Assembly (NCBI GenBank): GCA_003165795.1
Contig: PMWW01000146.1
Span: 11,489-75,488, forward strand
Direction: 5' to 3'
DNA length: 64,000 bases
Source of the DNA: Acidobacteriaceae bacterium
Lineage (GTDB): Bacteria > Acidobacteriota > Terriglobia > Terriglobales > Acidobacteriaceae
This document shows positions 34,813 to 45,400 of this stretch, piece by piece. The notes below the pieces were generated by a model. It did no database searches, had not been told where the DNA came from, and saw only the letters and a program-made list of their open reading frames with translations. The number at the start of each line of letters is the position of its first letter. Within the stretch, counting starts at the first letter, position 1. A program made the position numbers and the translations under genes.

Positions 34813-36189
34813 ATGCCGGCGAACCACCAAGCGCTAACCCGCCTCCGTCTCCAGCGCAAGCTGAAGGTCACGGATGGGACCGCGCTGATTATCTCCAACG
34901 TGATCGGGGTGGGCATCTTTACCACGCCGGCGGTGATTGCCAAGTTGGTGCCACACCCCGGAGCGATGTTGCTACTGTGGGTGGCCGGCGGGCTGCTCTC
35001 GCTGGCGGGGGCCTTCACCTACGCCGAACTTGCGCGGCTTTGCCCCGAGGCGGGCGGTGAGTACAACTATCTGTCACACGCTTTCGGTCCGCTGGCTGGT
35101 TTCCTCTCCGGCTGGGTTTCCTTGATTGCAGGCTTTTCCGGTGCCGTGGCCGCGAACGCGGTTGCGCTGATGGGCTATCTGGGACCTTACCTGCCTAAGC
35201 AGATCTCGACTTCTCCTTTGGCCATCATTCCGTTGGGCCTTGCCCGCATCAGCATCTCCCGGCAAAGCCTGCTGGCGTCAGCCATCATTCTGCTGTTCGC
35301 CCTGATTCATTTGTTGGGACTCGGCCCCGGCAAGCTTGTCCAGCGAGCGCTGGCGGCCTTCGTCCTCGGTGCGATCGCGGTCTTCGTAGTGGCAGGGTTC
35401 TATTTCGGCCGTGGGTCCTGGTCGCACTTCCATGCCAGTGGCGCTACGTTTCGCACTCGCGACTGGCTGCTGGCGCTGATCCCGGTCATGTTCACTTACA
35501 GTGGATGGAACGCGGCGGCCTACGTCTCCGAAGAGATGCACGACTCGGAGCGCTCGGTGGGAACCGCACTGGCCCTCGGCACCAGCATCGTTGTCCTGGT
35601 TTACCTCGCTCTAAATACTCTCTACGTGCTGGCGATAAGCATGCCGGAGATGGGCGCGAGCATTAACGTAGCTGCCGTCGCTATGCAGCGGCTGGTTGGG
35701 GCGGGGGGAAATTACCTGGTCCCGGTGCTGGTGATCGCGCTGCTCGGGGCCATAAGCGCCATGACCATCGCCGGCCCGCGCGTGTATTTCGCCATGGCGC
35801 GCGATGGCGTGTTCCTTCCGGTATTCGCGCGGATCAACCCAAGATTTCACACCCCGGACCTCGCCATTCTCTTGCAGGCCGCGTGCAGCGTTGGGCTGGT
35901 CCTGCTGGGCAGCTTCGAACAGATCCTCATCTATACCGGTTTCGCCATCACTTTGTCCGTCGGCGCGACAGCTACGGCTCTGTATGTTATTCGGCGGCGG
36001 CGGAAAGTCCATGGACCCACCCTGGCCATGCTCGCCATCCCCGGCACTTTCGCGGCGGTGAGCTTTCTTATGGTGGCTAACGCTATTTACAATGCGCCCC
36101 GCCTGAGCCTGTTCGGACTGGCGCTGATTGCCGCCGGGGTCCCAGTTTTCCTGTTCTCGCGGCGCCGGCTTGCGCGAACCAGTAGTTAG
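34813..36189 (+). CDS. APC-superfamily amino acid/polyamine permease
   Basis: 458 aa, 12 TM. N-terminal GTALIISNVIGVGIFTTPA and AELARLCPEAGGEYNYL motifs. Confidence 0.8.
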   Translation: MPANHQALTRLRLQRKLKVTDGTALIISNVIGVGIFTTPAVIAKLVPHPGAMLLLWVAGGLLSLAGAFTYAELARLCPEAGGEYNYLSHAFGPLAGFLSGWVSLIAGFSGAVAANAVALMGYLGPYLPKQISTSPLAIIPLGLARISISRQSLLASAIILLFALIHLLGLGPGKLVQRALAAFVLGAIAVFVVAGFYFGRGSWSHFHASGATFRTRDWLLALIPVMFTYSGWNAAAYVSEEMHDSERSVGTALALGTSIVVLVYLALNTLYVLAISMPEMGASINVAAVAMQRLVGAGGNYLVPVLVIALLGAISAMTIAGPRVYFAMARDGVFLPVFARINPRFHTPDLAILLQAACSVGLVLLGSFEQILIYTGFAITLSVGATATALYVIRRRRKVHGPTLAMLAIPGTFAAVSFLMVANAIYNAPRLSLFGLALIAAGVPVFLFSRRRLARTSS

Positions 36190-36206
36190 GCACGAGACTA
36201 TCGGCA

Positions 36207-37679
36207 ATGATCCTGACTGCGAGCACGCTGCCAGCGAGCAAACGTTCACCCTTGGCCTGCCCTGAGCGAAGCCTAAGGAAGGCTTTGTTCACCGGCAAAC
36301 AAAAGCTGTCGCTTTACTTGGTTCTGTTGGTCCTGTCTTCTTCTCCACTGGCTTTCGGCCAGAGCGCTCCAAAGACCGAGTTCATCCCCTACCAGTCAGC
36401 CAAGCCGATTGTCGAAGCTATGGGCGACTCACTGCCGCAGGAGTTGAAGGCAGCGGGCAACCTCGACGCCACCAAGTGGTCAGCCTGGGTGCAGAGCCGG
36501 GACCAGGAAATCCGCGACCGGCTCGACCGCGGCGAGGAGGACACGCTTACCAACCTCCTGCGCTTTGGCGTCACCTACACTAAGGAATACCGCATCGACG
36601 ACGATTATCTCGTGCGCTACGGCAACAGTTCGCTGGTGAATGCTTTCGCCCAGAGTCGCGCCGACGATTTGGTTCGCGCCCTGGCGGCGTCCAACCCGCC
36701 GGCTGGGCTGGCCGAGATGAAGAGCTTCCTTTTGAACAAGGGCTTTTCGTTCAACACCCCGCAGCAGCGCGCCGTGGTAAAGAAATACCTGCTCGACAAT
36801 CTGGCGCGCCTGCGCGATGAATTCCTGAAGTACCGCGCCCAACCCAAAGACGAGAAACGCTTCCAGCTCTTCCAGGACCGCGGCATTTCGCTGGACACTA
36901 ACTTGTGGCCTGACTATCAGCTCGACGCGGCCTTCCGCGAGATGGTCAGCCAGGGCCTGTTGAAGCCGGGCAGTATTCGCCGCGTGGCCATCATCGGTCC
37001 GGGGCTGGACTTCGTTAATAAGGAATCGGGCAACGACTTCTATCCGCCGCAGACCATCCAGCCATTCGCCGTCCTGGATTCGCTGTTCCAGCTTGGCTTG
37101 GCCGATCCGGCAACGGTCGAGCTCTTCACCTTCGACATCAGCCCAAGCGTGAATGCGCATGTTGAGCGCATCCGCAAGAACGCGCTCCAGGGCACTCCCT
37201 ACATTGTCCAACTGCCATGGAACACGCAACGGCCCATGAGTGATGAGTATCGCCACGCATTCGTGGCTTACTGGGAGAAGCTAGGCAACCAAATCGGGGC
37301 GCCAGTGCCGGCGATTTCCGTCCCAGCGGGCGCAACCGGGACGAGCACCCGTGCCGTCAAGATCAGGGCGCAGGTGGTGCAAAGAATCGCCAGCCCCGTC
37401 GACATGAACATCGTTTATCAGCGGCTGACGCTGCCGCCGGAGCAGGCCTTCGACCTGCTAATCGGTACCAACATCTTTCTTTACTACGGAAACTTCGAAC
37501 AGGAATTGGCCCGCGCCAACGCGGCTTCCATGCTCCGGCCCGGCGGCTTTCTGCTGTCCAACGGCAAACTACCCGACACCGTCGCCAGCGGTCTCAAGGA
37601 TGTGCTGGACGCCCCGATCACCAGTTCTGTCAACCCGCTGATAACCGACACCATTTTCTGCTATCAGCGCGTGAAGTAA
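36207..37679 (+). CDS. Exported hypothetical protein with C-terminal CheR-like/class I methyltransferase-like fold
   Basis: 490 aa. Signal-like LSLYLVLLVLSSSPLAFGQ. The C-terminal part has VAIIGPGLDF (GxGxG-like) and DLLIGTNIFLYYGNFEQ...MLRPGGFLLSNG (CheR-like). Confidence 0.5.
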   Translation: MILTASTLPASKRSPLACPERSLRKALFTGKQKLSLYLVLLVLSSSPLAFGQSAPKTEFIPYQSAKPIVEAMGDSLPQELKAAGNLDATKWSAWVQSRDQEIRDRLDRGEEDTLTNLLRFGVTYTKEYRIDDDYLVRYGNSSLVNAFAQSRADDLVRALAASNPPAGLAEMKSFLLNKGFSFNTPQQRAVVKKYLLDNLARLRDEFLKYRAQPKDEKRFQLFQDRGISLDTNLWPDYQLDAAFREMVSQGLLKPGSIRRVAIIGPGLDFVNKESGNDFYPPQTIQPFAVLDSLFQLGLADPATVELFTFDISPSVNAHVERIRKNALQGTPYIVQLPWNTQRPMSDEYRHAFVAYWEKLGNQIGAPVPAISVPAGATGTSTRAVKIRAQVVQRIASPVDMNIVYQRLTLPPEQAFDLLIGTNIFLYYGNFEQELARANAASMLRPGGFLLSNGKLPDTVASGLKDVLDAPITSSVNPLITDTIFCYQRVK

Positions 37680-37769
37680 GGGAAAGGTTTCTCTCTACTC
37701 TTCAGAAACCGCCTGCGCGGCCGGGTAGGTGATCGTGGGCCGATTGCGTTATGGAGATACGAACGTTAA

Positions 37770-37815
37770 GAAGTCAAGTCGCTTTCGCCGGAGGTTCGGT
37801 TTGTAATCGCTAAGC
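37770..37815. repeat. Copy A of a ~46-nt conserved element (partner at 45570-45615)
   Basis: gaagtcaagTCGCTTTCGCCGGAGGTTCGGtttgtaatcgcTaagc versus gaagtcaagGCGGATTCGCCCTACGTCGGGtttgtaatcgcCaagc. Both lie just 3' of a plus-strand gene. Both encode ...DYKPxxxRxRLDFL on the minus strand. Confidence 0.5.
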
Positions 37816-38082
37816 ATTCGCTTGAACCGGTTCTTGAAATCGGACCACCAATGGAGGCCCCGAAGAAAAACCGCTGCAACGGGAGCGAAGCCGCTCGCTC
37901 GAGAAGTGTCTTCGAGATGGGCCGTTTGGCCCCTGACTATCACGTGATTCTTCCCGACTTTTTCAGCAGCCTGTTAGGGCTCGTGGCGAGTTCCTCTTTA
38001 ATCCCGTTGGCTTTTTCCAAGCCTTTTGTCAACGGCTTGTATTATCTATTATCCAAGTTGAGCAGTCGGGAAAGGAGAGGTC

Positions 38083-38574
38083 ATGTCATCCAGGTTGGCT
38101 CTGAGGTACTTCGCTGTCCTGATGTTCGCAACTGGCGCTTGGCAAGTGGCGGGCGGGCAGATGCCGAATCCCTATGGCTCGTCGATTACCGTTGACGATG
38201 CCAAGAAAGCGGCGGCTCCGGCGCTGGCGGAAGCGACGAAAAACCACTGGGCAGTTGCGGTAGCGATCGTAGATCCCGCCGGAACGCTCGTCTATTACGA
38301 GAAGATGGACAACACGCAATTGGGCAGCGCCATCGTCGCGGTTGATAAGGCGCGTTCTGCCGCTCGATTCAAGCGGCCTACCAAAGCCTTTCAAGATGCT
38401 CTGGCTGCGGGCGGCGAAGGACTGCGTATTCTGGGCATCGAGGGGGCTGTACCCGTCGAGGGTGGCTTTCCGCTGATCGTCGAGGGAAAAATTGTGGGTG
38501 CAATCGGCGTTTCGGGCGCGACCAGCGCACAGGACGCACAATGCTCCAAGGCAGGGGCAGACACTCTGAAATAG
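38083..38574 (+). CDS. GlcG/HbpS-like (DUF336) heme-binding family protein, exported
   Basis: 163 aa. Signal peptide, then ...AVAIVDPAGTLVYYEKMDNTQLGSAIVAVDKARSAARF...GGFPLIVEGKIVGAIGVSG... Confidence 0.7.
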   Translation: MSSRLALRYFAVLMFATGAWQVAGGQMPNPYGSSITVDDAKKAAAPALAEATKNHWAVAVAIVDPAGTLVYYEKMDNTQLGSAIVAVDKARSAARFKRPTKAFQDALAAGGEGLRILGIEGAVPVEGGFPLIVEGKIVGAIGVSGATSAQDAQCSKAGADTLK

Positions 38575-38597
38575 GGACGAGCAACGAGCCACGGGCG

Positions 38598-39479
38598 TCA
38601 GGCGGGATGGGCGGCGGCCAATTCTTGAATAGTGGCCGCTAGCTTCTCGGTAATCGGGACAGCGACTCGGTGTTGTGTCCCGCCACGAAGAATGGGGCCT
38701 ACGATGCCATCCAGCTCCAGTTGCCGCCCGGCGGCCAGGTCTTTGGCCATGGAGCTGCGCATGGTTGCCGGCAACGTATCGAAGATGGCCTGCGTCTTCG
38801 CCACGTCCACCTCCGCCCCGGACGCATTGGCGACGTCGCAGGCTTCGGCAACGGCGGAGTGCAGCGTGGCCTTCCATGCCGGGTCGGCGGAGATCTCACC
38901 CAGGTCCTTGCCGGAAGCGGAAGTCACCAAAGCGAAGGGCGCCAGGAAACACACTTTGCCCCACAGCAGGCTAAGCTCGTTCGCAACAAACTGGCAGACG
39001 AAGCCTATCTCGCCCAAGCGCTGCACGGTCCCTCCCAACACGGGCTCGCCGCTGGCCGCAATGTTCAAGCGAACAGGCGAACGCTGCACAAAGCGACCCG
39101 GCGCCAGCTGTTCGGCCTCCACTGCAATGGTTGCCGAGACCACGCGATCGCTCCCATAGCGCACCCGTAATGTCGCAACATGGTCCACCCCATTGAGCAG
39201 CGGAACGATGATCCCAGGTGTCGCTTCCACCCTCGCCAGTGCGGCTTCCAACTGATAGGTCTTGGTTGCTACCCACAGCACGCCCACCGGCTTGGTCAGT
39301 TTGTCCACGGCCCTCGCCTTTGCGGTGAGTGTACCTGAGGGCTGCTCCAGCGACAGGGTTCCAGGATAGGCAGACAGCTTCTCGGGGCGCACAATCAGCG
39401 TGACGTCTTCGCCGAGCGATGCCAAAGCCGTACCGACGAGGCCGCCAATTGCTCCCGCTCCTAAGATTGCGTGATCCAT
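38598..39479 (-). CDS. Ketopantoate reductase (PanE/ApbA) family oxidoreductase
   Basis: Starts at the internal ATG (MDHAILGAGAIGGLVG..., Rossmann GxGxxG). The C-terminal ApbA_C-like helical domain includes ...SSMAKDLAAGRQLELD... Confidence 0.7.
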   Translation of the reverse strand: MDHAILGAGAIGGLVGTALASLGEDVTLIVRPEKLSAYPGTLSLEQPSGTLTAKARAVDKLTKPVGVLWVATKTYQLEAALARVEATPGIIVPLLNGVDHVATLRVRYGSDRVVSATIAVEAEQLAPGRFVQRSPVRLNIAASGEPVLGGTVQRLGEIGFVCQFVANELSLLWGKVCFLAPFALVTSASGKDLGEISADPAWKATLHSAVAEACDVANASGAEVDVAKTQAIFDTLPATMRSSMAKDLAAGRQLELDGIVGPILRGGTQHRVAVPITEKLAATIQELAAAHPA

Positions 39480-39807
39480 CCTGGGTTCCTTCATCAGTAT
39501 CGTTAGTATCGTTTCGATACCACGACAAGTCAAAGGGCACACCCAAACCGCACGGGGCGATGACCCTTTTCAGATTCTGCGCGCCGACGCCACCCTGAAA
39601 CCGATCGTGAGCGCACCCCCTACCGCAACTTCTTGATTTACAATGTGTTTTCTGCTGGCATGGGTTAGCGCTCGTCTGCGAAGGGCCCTTGCCGGCGGCA
39701 GGGATGCCTGGCTCAGGGGGACGGCGTGGGTGCGTGGTAGCCTCGGGGAAGTTCATGCCCCGACCGTCGCTTCGCAGTCCAAGGCCCGGTGCTTTAGATT
39801 GAGTCTT

Positions 39808-41082
39808 ATGCGTCCACCGCGCTTTCGGATGAACGTTGTGGCGGCTGTGAGTTGGCTGCTACTACTCGCGCCGGCGGTTCACGCGCAAAGCACGGCCATG
39901 ATCACTCTTGATCAGGCAATTGACTTGGCGCTCGTGCATAATCACGCGCTCAAGGCGACCCGCACCCTCATTCTTCAGAACCAGGCGCAGGAGATTACCG
40001 CGAACCTCCGCCCCAACCCTACTCTCAATTTTGATTCCCAGTTCTTGCCGATTTTTTCTCCGTCCAACTTCTCGTCCGATAATCTGAGTGAAGTTCAGCA
40101 GTTCGATGCCGGAATCGGATACCTCTTTGAGCGCGGGCGTAAACGGCAACATCGCTTGCTGGCCGCCCAGGACCAAACCGCCGTCACCCGCGCCCAGGTT
40201 ACGGACGCCGAGCGTACCCTGGCCTTCAACGTTGGCCAGCAATTCATCAGTGTCTTGCTGGCGGAGTCGACCTTGCGCTTTGCTCTGCAGGACTTGCAGA
40301 GCTTCCAGCAGACGGTTGATATCGGCCAAGCGCAATATGAAGCGGGCTACATCAGTGAGGGCGATTACCTCAAGATCAAGTTGCAGCTGCTGCAGTTTCA
40401 AACCGATGTCTCTTCCGCCCGTTTGGCGAGAGTACAGGCCCTCATCGATCTACGGACATTGCTCGGCTATGATGCTGTTCCTGCCAATTACGACGTGGTG
40501 GGCGATTTATCGTATCAGGCCGTGCCGGCGAAGGTGGAAGACTTGCAAGCCAAGGCGCTCCAGGATCGTCCCGATTATCGTGCTGCCGAACTGGGGACGA
40601 CTGCTGCTCAAAGCCAGATTCTGCTGGCCAAGGCGAACGGCAAACAGGACGTGACCGCTTCCGCTGATTACTCTCACACTGCGGACCAGAACAGCGCTTC
40701 GTTTTTTGTAAGTTTCCCTATAGCAATCTTCAACCGGAACCAAGGTGAGATCGCGCGCACTCAGTATGCTCTGACCCAGGCCCAGGAGACACAGGCATCG
40801 ACCAGCGACGTCGTGCTGTCCGATGTTAGCGATGCCTATGAAGCGCTACGCAGCAACGACGAAGTGGTGCAGCTATATACTTCGGGCTACCTGAAAGAGG
40901 CCCAGGATTCGCGCGACATCAGTGAGTACGCTTACAAACGCGGAGCGGCAAGCCTGTTGGATTTTCTGGACGCCGAACGCAGCTACCGCGCGGTTCAACT
41001 GGCCTATCGCCAGGCTTTGTCCTCTTACATGACTGCGCTTGAGCAGCTCAAGGAAGCCGTAGGAACGAGGAACCTTCCGTGA
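39808..41082 (+). CDS. TolC/CzcC-family outer membrane efflux protein
   Basis: Signal peptide MRPPRFRMNVVAAVSWLLLLAPAVHAQ, then ITLDQAIDLALVHNHALKA and two OEP repeats. The stop overlaps the adaptor start (41079-41082). Confidence 0.8.
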   Translation: MRPPRFRMNVVAAVSWLLLLAPAVHAQSTAMITLDQAIDLALVHNHALKATRTLILQNQAQEITANLRPNPTLNFDSQFLPIFSPSNFSSDNLSEVQQFDAGIGYLFERGRKRQHRLLAAQDQTAVTRAQVTDAERTLAFNVGQQFISVLLAESTLRFALQDLQSFQQTVDIGQAQYEAGYISEGDYLKIKLQLLQFQTDVSSARLARVQALIDLRTLLGYDAVPANYDVVGDLSYQAVPAKVEDLQAKALQDRPDYRAAELGTTAAQSQILLAKANGKQDVTASADYSHTADQNSASFFVSFPIAIFNRNQGEIARTQYALTQAQETQASTSDVVLSDVSDAYEALRSNDEVVQLYTSGYLKEAQDSRDISEYAYKRGAASLLDFLDAERSYRAVQLAYRQALSSYMTALEQLKEAVGTRNLP

Positions 41083-42245
41083 AGAAGTTTCATGATCGCT
41101 GGCAATATCGGGCTGCGCTAACCGTCCTGTCCGCGGTCGTGCTGGCGCTTGCCGGCTGCAGCGGCGCAGGTTCGGACAACGCCGCCAAGAATGAAGCGAA
41201 CAACGCCAACACGGCCGAGTTGTTCTCCATCCCGGCGGACCAGATGGCTCACGTGCAGGTGCTGCAGGTCCAGCCCACAAGCCTGACGCGCACCCTTCGG
41301 CTAACCGGAGCCGTCGCCTACAACAGCTTTCATACCACGCCGGTCATCACCCAGGTGAGCGGCCCGGTAAGCCGCATCGTAGTTGTTCCCGGCCAGCGAG
41401 TGGAGCGCAGTCAGCCCATGCTGTACGTCGCAAGTCCTGACTACTCCCAGAGCCGCACCAATTATCTGAAGGCCAAGGATGCGTATGCGCTGGCGCAAAA
41501 GGCTTACGCGCGAGCCAAAGATCTTTATCAGCATCATGCTATTGCGGAGCAGAATCTGGAGCAGGCTGAATCTGCCGAGGTGCAAGCCGGCGGCGACTTG
41601 GTAGCGGCAGAGGCCGCTCTCAAGGTGCTGGGAATCACCGATCCGGAAGCGCTGGTGAAGGCGCCACCTTCTTTCGAGGTCCCGGTGCGGGCTCCTATTA
41701 GCGGCGAAGTGGTCGAGCAGGACGTTGCGGCGGGACAACTGCTCCAGCTTAGCGCCACCCAGTGTTTCATGATTTCCGATATCAGCACCGTCTGGGTGTT
41801 AGTGAATGTTTATCAAAAGGATTTGCCCTACGTGAAGGTGGGCGATCCTGTCACCATTCAGACCGAGGCCTATCCCGATGTTTTTCAGGGCCACATTGCC
41901 TATGTGGCGGCGTCGCTGGATCCGAACACGCGCACTCTGCAGGCGCGTATCGAAACCAGCAACCCCGGAGAAAAGTTGAAGAAGGACATGTTCGTAGCGG
42001 CGACGGTGAATGCGGGCACCATTCAGAACGCGATTGCCGTACCCGATTCCGCGGTGTTGCGCGACAGCGAAAATCAGCCTTTCGTGTATGTCGAAGCGTC
42101 TGCCAATCAGTTTGCCAAGCGCCCGGTCACGCTTGGCGAAAGCTTGAAGGGACAAACGCAAGTTACCGGTGGATTAAAAGCTGGCGATCGCGTCATTGGC
42201 GACGGTAGCCTGTTCTTGCAGTTTGCCAACTCATTGCAGCGTTAG
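41079..42245 (+). CDS. RND efflux periplasmic adaptor (HlyD/CzcB family)
   Basis: 388 aa. Lipoprotein-like LALAGCSG, coiled-coil hairpin, and beta-barrel domain (...RAPISGEVVEQDVAAGQ...). Confidence 0.8.
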   Translation: MKKFHDRWQYRAALTVLSAVVLALAGCSGAGSDNAAKNEANNANTAELFSIPADQMAHVQVLQVQPTSLTRTLRLTGAVAYNSFHTTPVITQVSGPVSRIVVVPGQRVERSQPMLYVASPDYSQSRTNYLKAKDAYALAQKAYARAKDLYQHHAIAEQNLEQAESAEVQAGGDLVAAEAALKVLGITDPEALVKAPPSFEVPVRAPISGEVVEQDVAAGQLLQLSATQCFMISDISTVWVLVNVYQKDLPYVKVGDPVTIQTEAYPDVFQGHIAYVAASLDPNTRTLQARIETSNPGEKLKKDMFVAATVNAGTIQNAIAVPDSAVLRDSENQPFVYVEASANQFAKRPVTLGESLKGQTQVTGGLKAGDRVIGDGSLFLQFANSLQR

Positions 42246-42455
42246 AACGGTAGATCTGGCCTACAGGCCGGCGTCTAGCGGATGTAACACCCAGGGAGTT
42301 TACGAAGCTGCCGCAAAGGTCGGGTGTCAAGTGTTTTGAAGGGGCGCACCTTTAGAGGTGCGCTGTATAAGGACTTATTCTTATTTTTCCGAGTGGGCTT
42401 CAGCCCGCGAGGATTGCAAACGGACCGTGATAAGGACCGTGGCGTCCACCTCCGA

Positions 42456-45400
42456 ATGATCCATCGAATCGTACAAGCCGCCCTTCGTCAACGGTTCCTG
42501 GTCTTGATGCTGACCGCCTTCATGATGACCGCTGGAATTATCTCCTTCCAGCGCATGCCGGTTGACGCTTATCCCGACCTTGCTCCTCCGCAGGTCGAAC
42601 TGATTACGCAATGGCCTGATCACGCCGCCGAAGAAGTAGAACGCCTGGTCACGCTGCCTCTCGAACTGGAGATGAATGGGGTGCCGCACATGGTGGTGAT
42701 GCGGTCCATCTCGCTCTACGGCCTGTCCGATGTGATCCTCACCTTCGACGACAAGACGGAGGACTATTTCGCGCGGCAAATCGTCTTCCAGCGAATCGCG
42801 CAAGCCACTCTGCCGGCGGGAGTGACGCCGTCCATGGCTCCTCTGTTCAGCCCCAGTGGCCTGGTGTACCGCTATGTTCTGGAGAGTCCCGATCGCAGTC
42901 CGCAGGAATTGAAGACCTTCGAGGATTGGGTGGTGGAGCGCGCGTACCGCTCGGTCCCGGGTGTTGCCGACGACTCCGGTTTCGGCGGCACGGTCATGCA
43001 GTACCAGGTGTTGCTCGATCCTGCCCGCATCTACGGCTACCACTTGACCGTTCCGCAGGTCGAAGCAGCTTTGGCCGCCAACAACGCCAACGCCGGAGGC
43101 GGCTTCTTTTCCCAGGGTGGCCAGTTCTATTACGTTCGCGGTATCGGGTTGGTGCGCGACACCAGCGATATCGGCAACGTTGTGGTTGGCAGCAATAACG
43201 GGGTACCGATCCGAATCAAGGATGTCGGTGATGTCGCTATCGGGCACGCGCCCCGGCTGGGCGAATTCGGTTACGAGAAGAATGACGATGCCGTCGAGGG
43301 CGTCATTCTGATGTTGCGCGGTGAGCAGACCCAGAACGTCTTAAAGGGCGTGGAAGCAAAAACGGATGAATTGAACCGCACGATCCTGCCGCCGGACGTC
43401 AAAATCCATCCTTATTACGATCGCAGCGAACTGGTAACGCTGACCACGGGTACGGTGGAAGACAATCTGCTGCGCGGCATGATACTGGTGCTGATCGTTC
43501 TGATGTTCTTCCTGGTCAGCTTTCGTGCAGCCATTATCGTGGCGCTTACGATTCCGCTCTCGCTCTTGTTCGCGTTTATCGTGCTCCATGCCCACGATGG
43601 GGCCGCCAACTTGCTTTCGATTGGCGCCATCGATTTCGGCATCATTATCGACGGCACCGTAGTGATGGTGGAGAATATCTACCGCGAACTTGCACTGCGG
43701 GAAGGACAAAGCTACCAACTGCACGAAGTCATCCTTGCGGCCGCGAAAGATGTCGATCGGCCAATTTTTTACTCGGTCGCAGTTATCCTCGCTGGATATC
43801 TTCCTATTTACGCTCTCAGCGGCCCTTCGGGAAAGTTGTTTCATCCCATGGCCGAGACCATGTCGTTTGCCCTGGTGGGCGCGCTGATCCTGACCCTCAC
43901 CCTGGTTCCAGTTCTGGCTTCTTATTGGTTCAAGAGCGGCATCCGAGAGCACCGGAATCGTGCCTACGAATGGATGAAGCGCGTATACGCGACCCAGTTA
44001 GACTGGGCCCTGGCGCGCCCTAAGCTCACTCTATTGATCGCGGCGCTGATTTTCGGTGCCACCCTGCTGCTCGTTCCCTTTATCGGCGGCGAATTCATGC
44101 CCCACCTTGACGAGGGCGCACTCTGGGTGCGGGCAACCATGCCCTACACCATTTCCTTCGAGGAAGCGAGCAGCATCGCTCCTCAGATCCGCGCAATTCT
44201 AGCGTCGTATCCGCAAGTCACTACGGTGGCCTCAGAGTTGGGACGACCGGATGACGGCACCGATCCCACCGGGTTTTTTAACTGCGAGTTTTATGTCGGG
44301 CTGAAACCTTACAAAGACAAAGCGTGGCGCGGCGATTTCGATACCAAGGACAAGTTAATCGAAGCGATTAATAAGAAGCTAACCGCGTTTCCCGGAATTA
44401 TCTTTAACTATACTCAGCCGGCGGAAGATGCCGTGGACGAGGCGTTGACTGGACTGAAGAGTTCGCTGGCGGTGAAGGTTTATGGTGACGATTTAAACAT
44501 TCTTCAGGACAAAGCCGTGCAGATCAAGAATGCATTGGCCAAAATACCTGGCTTTACTGACTTGACCGTGGTGCGCGAGTTAGGCCAGCCCAGCCTACTG
44601 ATCGATGTAGATCGTGACAAGATTGCCCGCTATGGCATCAACGTCGCCGATGTGGAAGCCGTAATTTCCGCGGCGGTAGGCGGACAGGCCGTGACCCAGG
44701 TCATTCAAGGCGAGAAGTTGTTTGACCTGGTCGTCCGCATGCAGCCTCAATTCCGCAGTAGCGCGCATGAGATCGGTAACCTACTGGTAGGAACACCAGA
44801 TGGAAAGCAGGTCCCGCTCAGTCAGCTGGCCGACATCCGGCAGGGAAATGGCGCAGCGTTTATCTACCGCGAAAATAATTCCCGCTACATTGGGGTTCAA
44901 TACAGTATTGAAGGAAGAGATTTGGAGCGCGCCGTAAGAGATGGCCAAAAGGCAGTCGATCAAGCTGTCACCTTACCTCAGGGGTACTGGCTCAATTGGG
45001 GCGGCGAGTACAGCCAATTTCTGGAAGCGAAGTCGCAGCTGATATTAATTGGTCCACTCGCGGTAGTACTCATTTTCATGATCTTGTTCGCGCTCTATGG
45101 AAATTTTAAGTTCCCCGTCACCATTGCCTTGGGCGTCATCATGACCGAGCCCGTGGGTGCATTGATAGCTTTAAAGCTCACGCATACGCCCTTCAGTGTG
45201 TCATCGGTTCTAGGCTTGCTGGCGCTACTAGGTGTCTCGGTGGAAACGGCAGTGATTCTGGTCTCCTATATCAACAAGCTTCGCCTGGAAGGCATGGACA
45301 TTCCTACGGCAACGCGAGAGGCCTCGTTGCTGCGGCTTCGTCCCATCATGATGACGGCGCTGGTAGCCTGTCTGGGGCTGCTCCCGGCCGCGCTCTCTAC

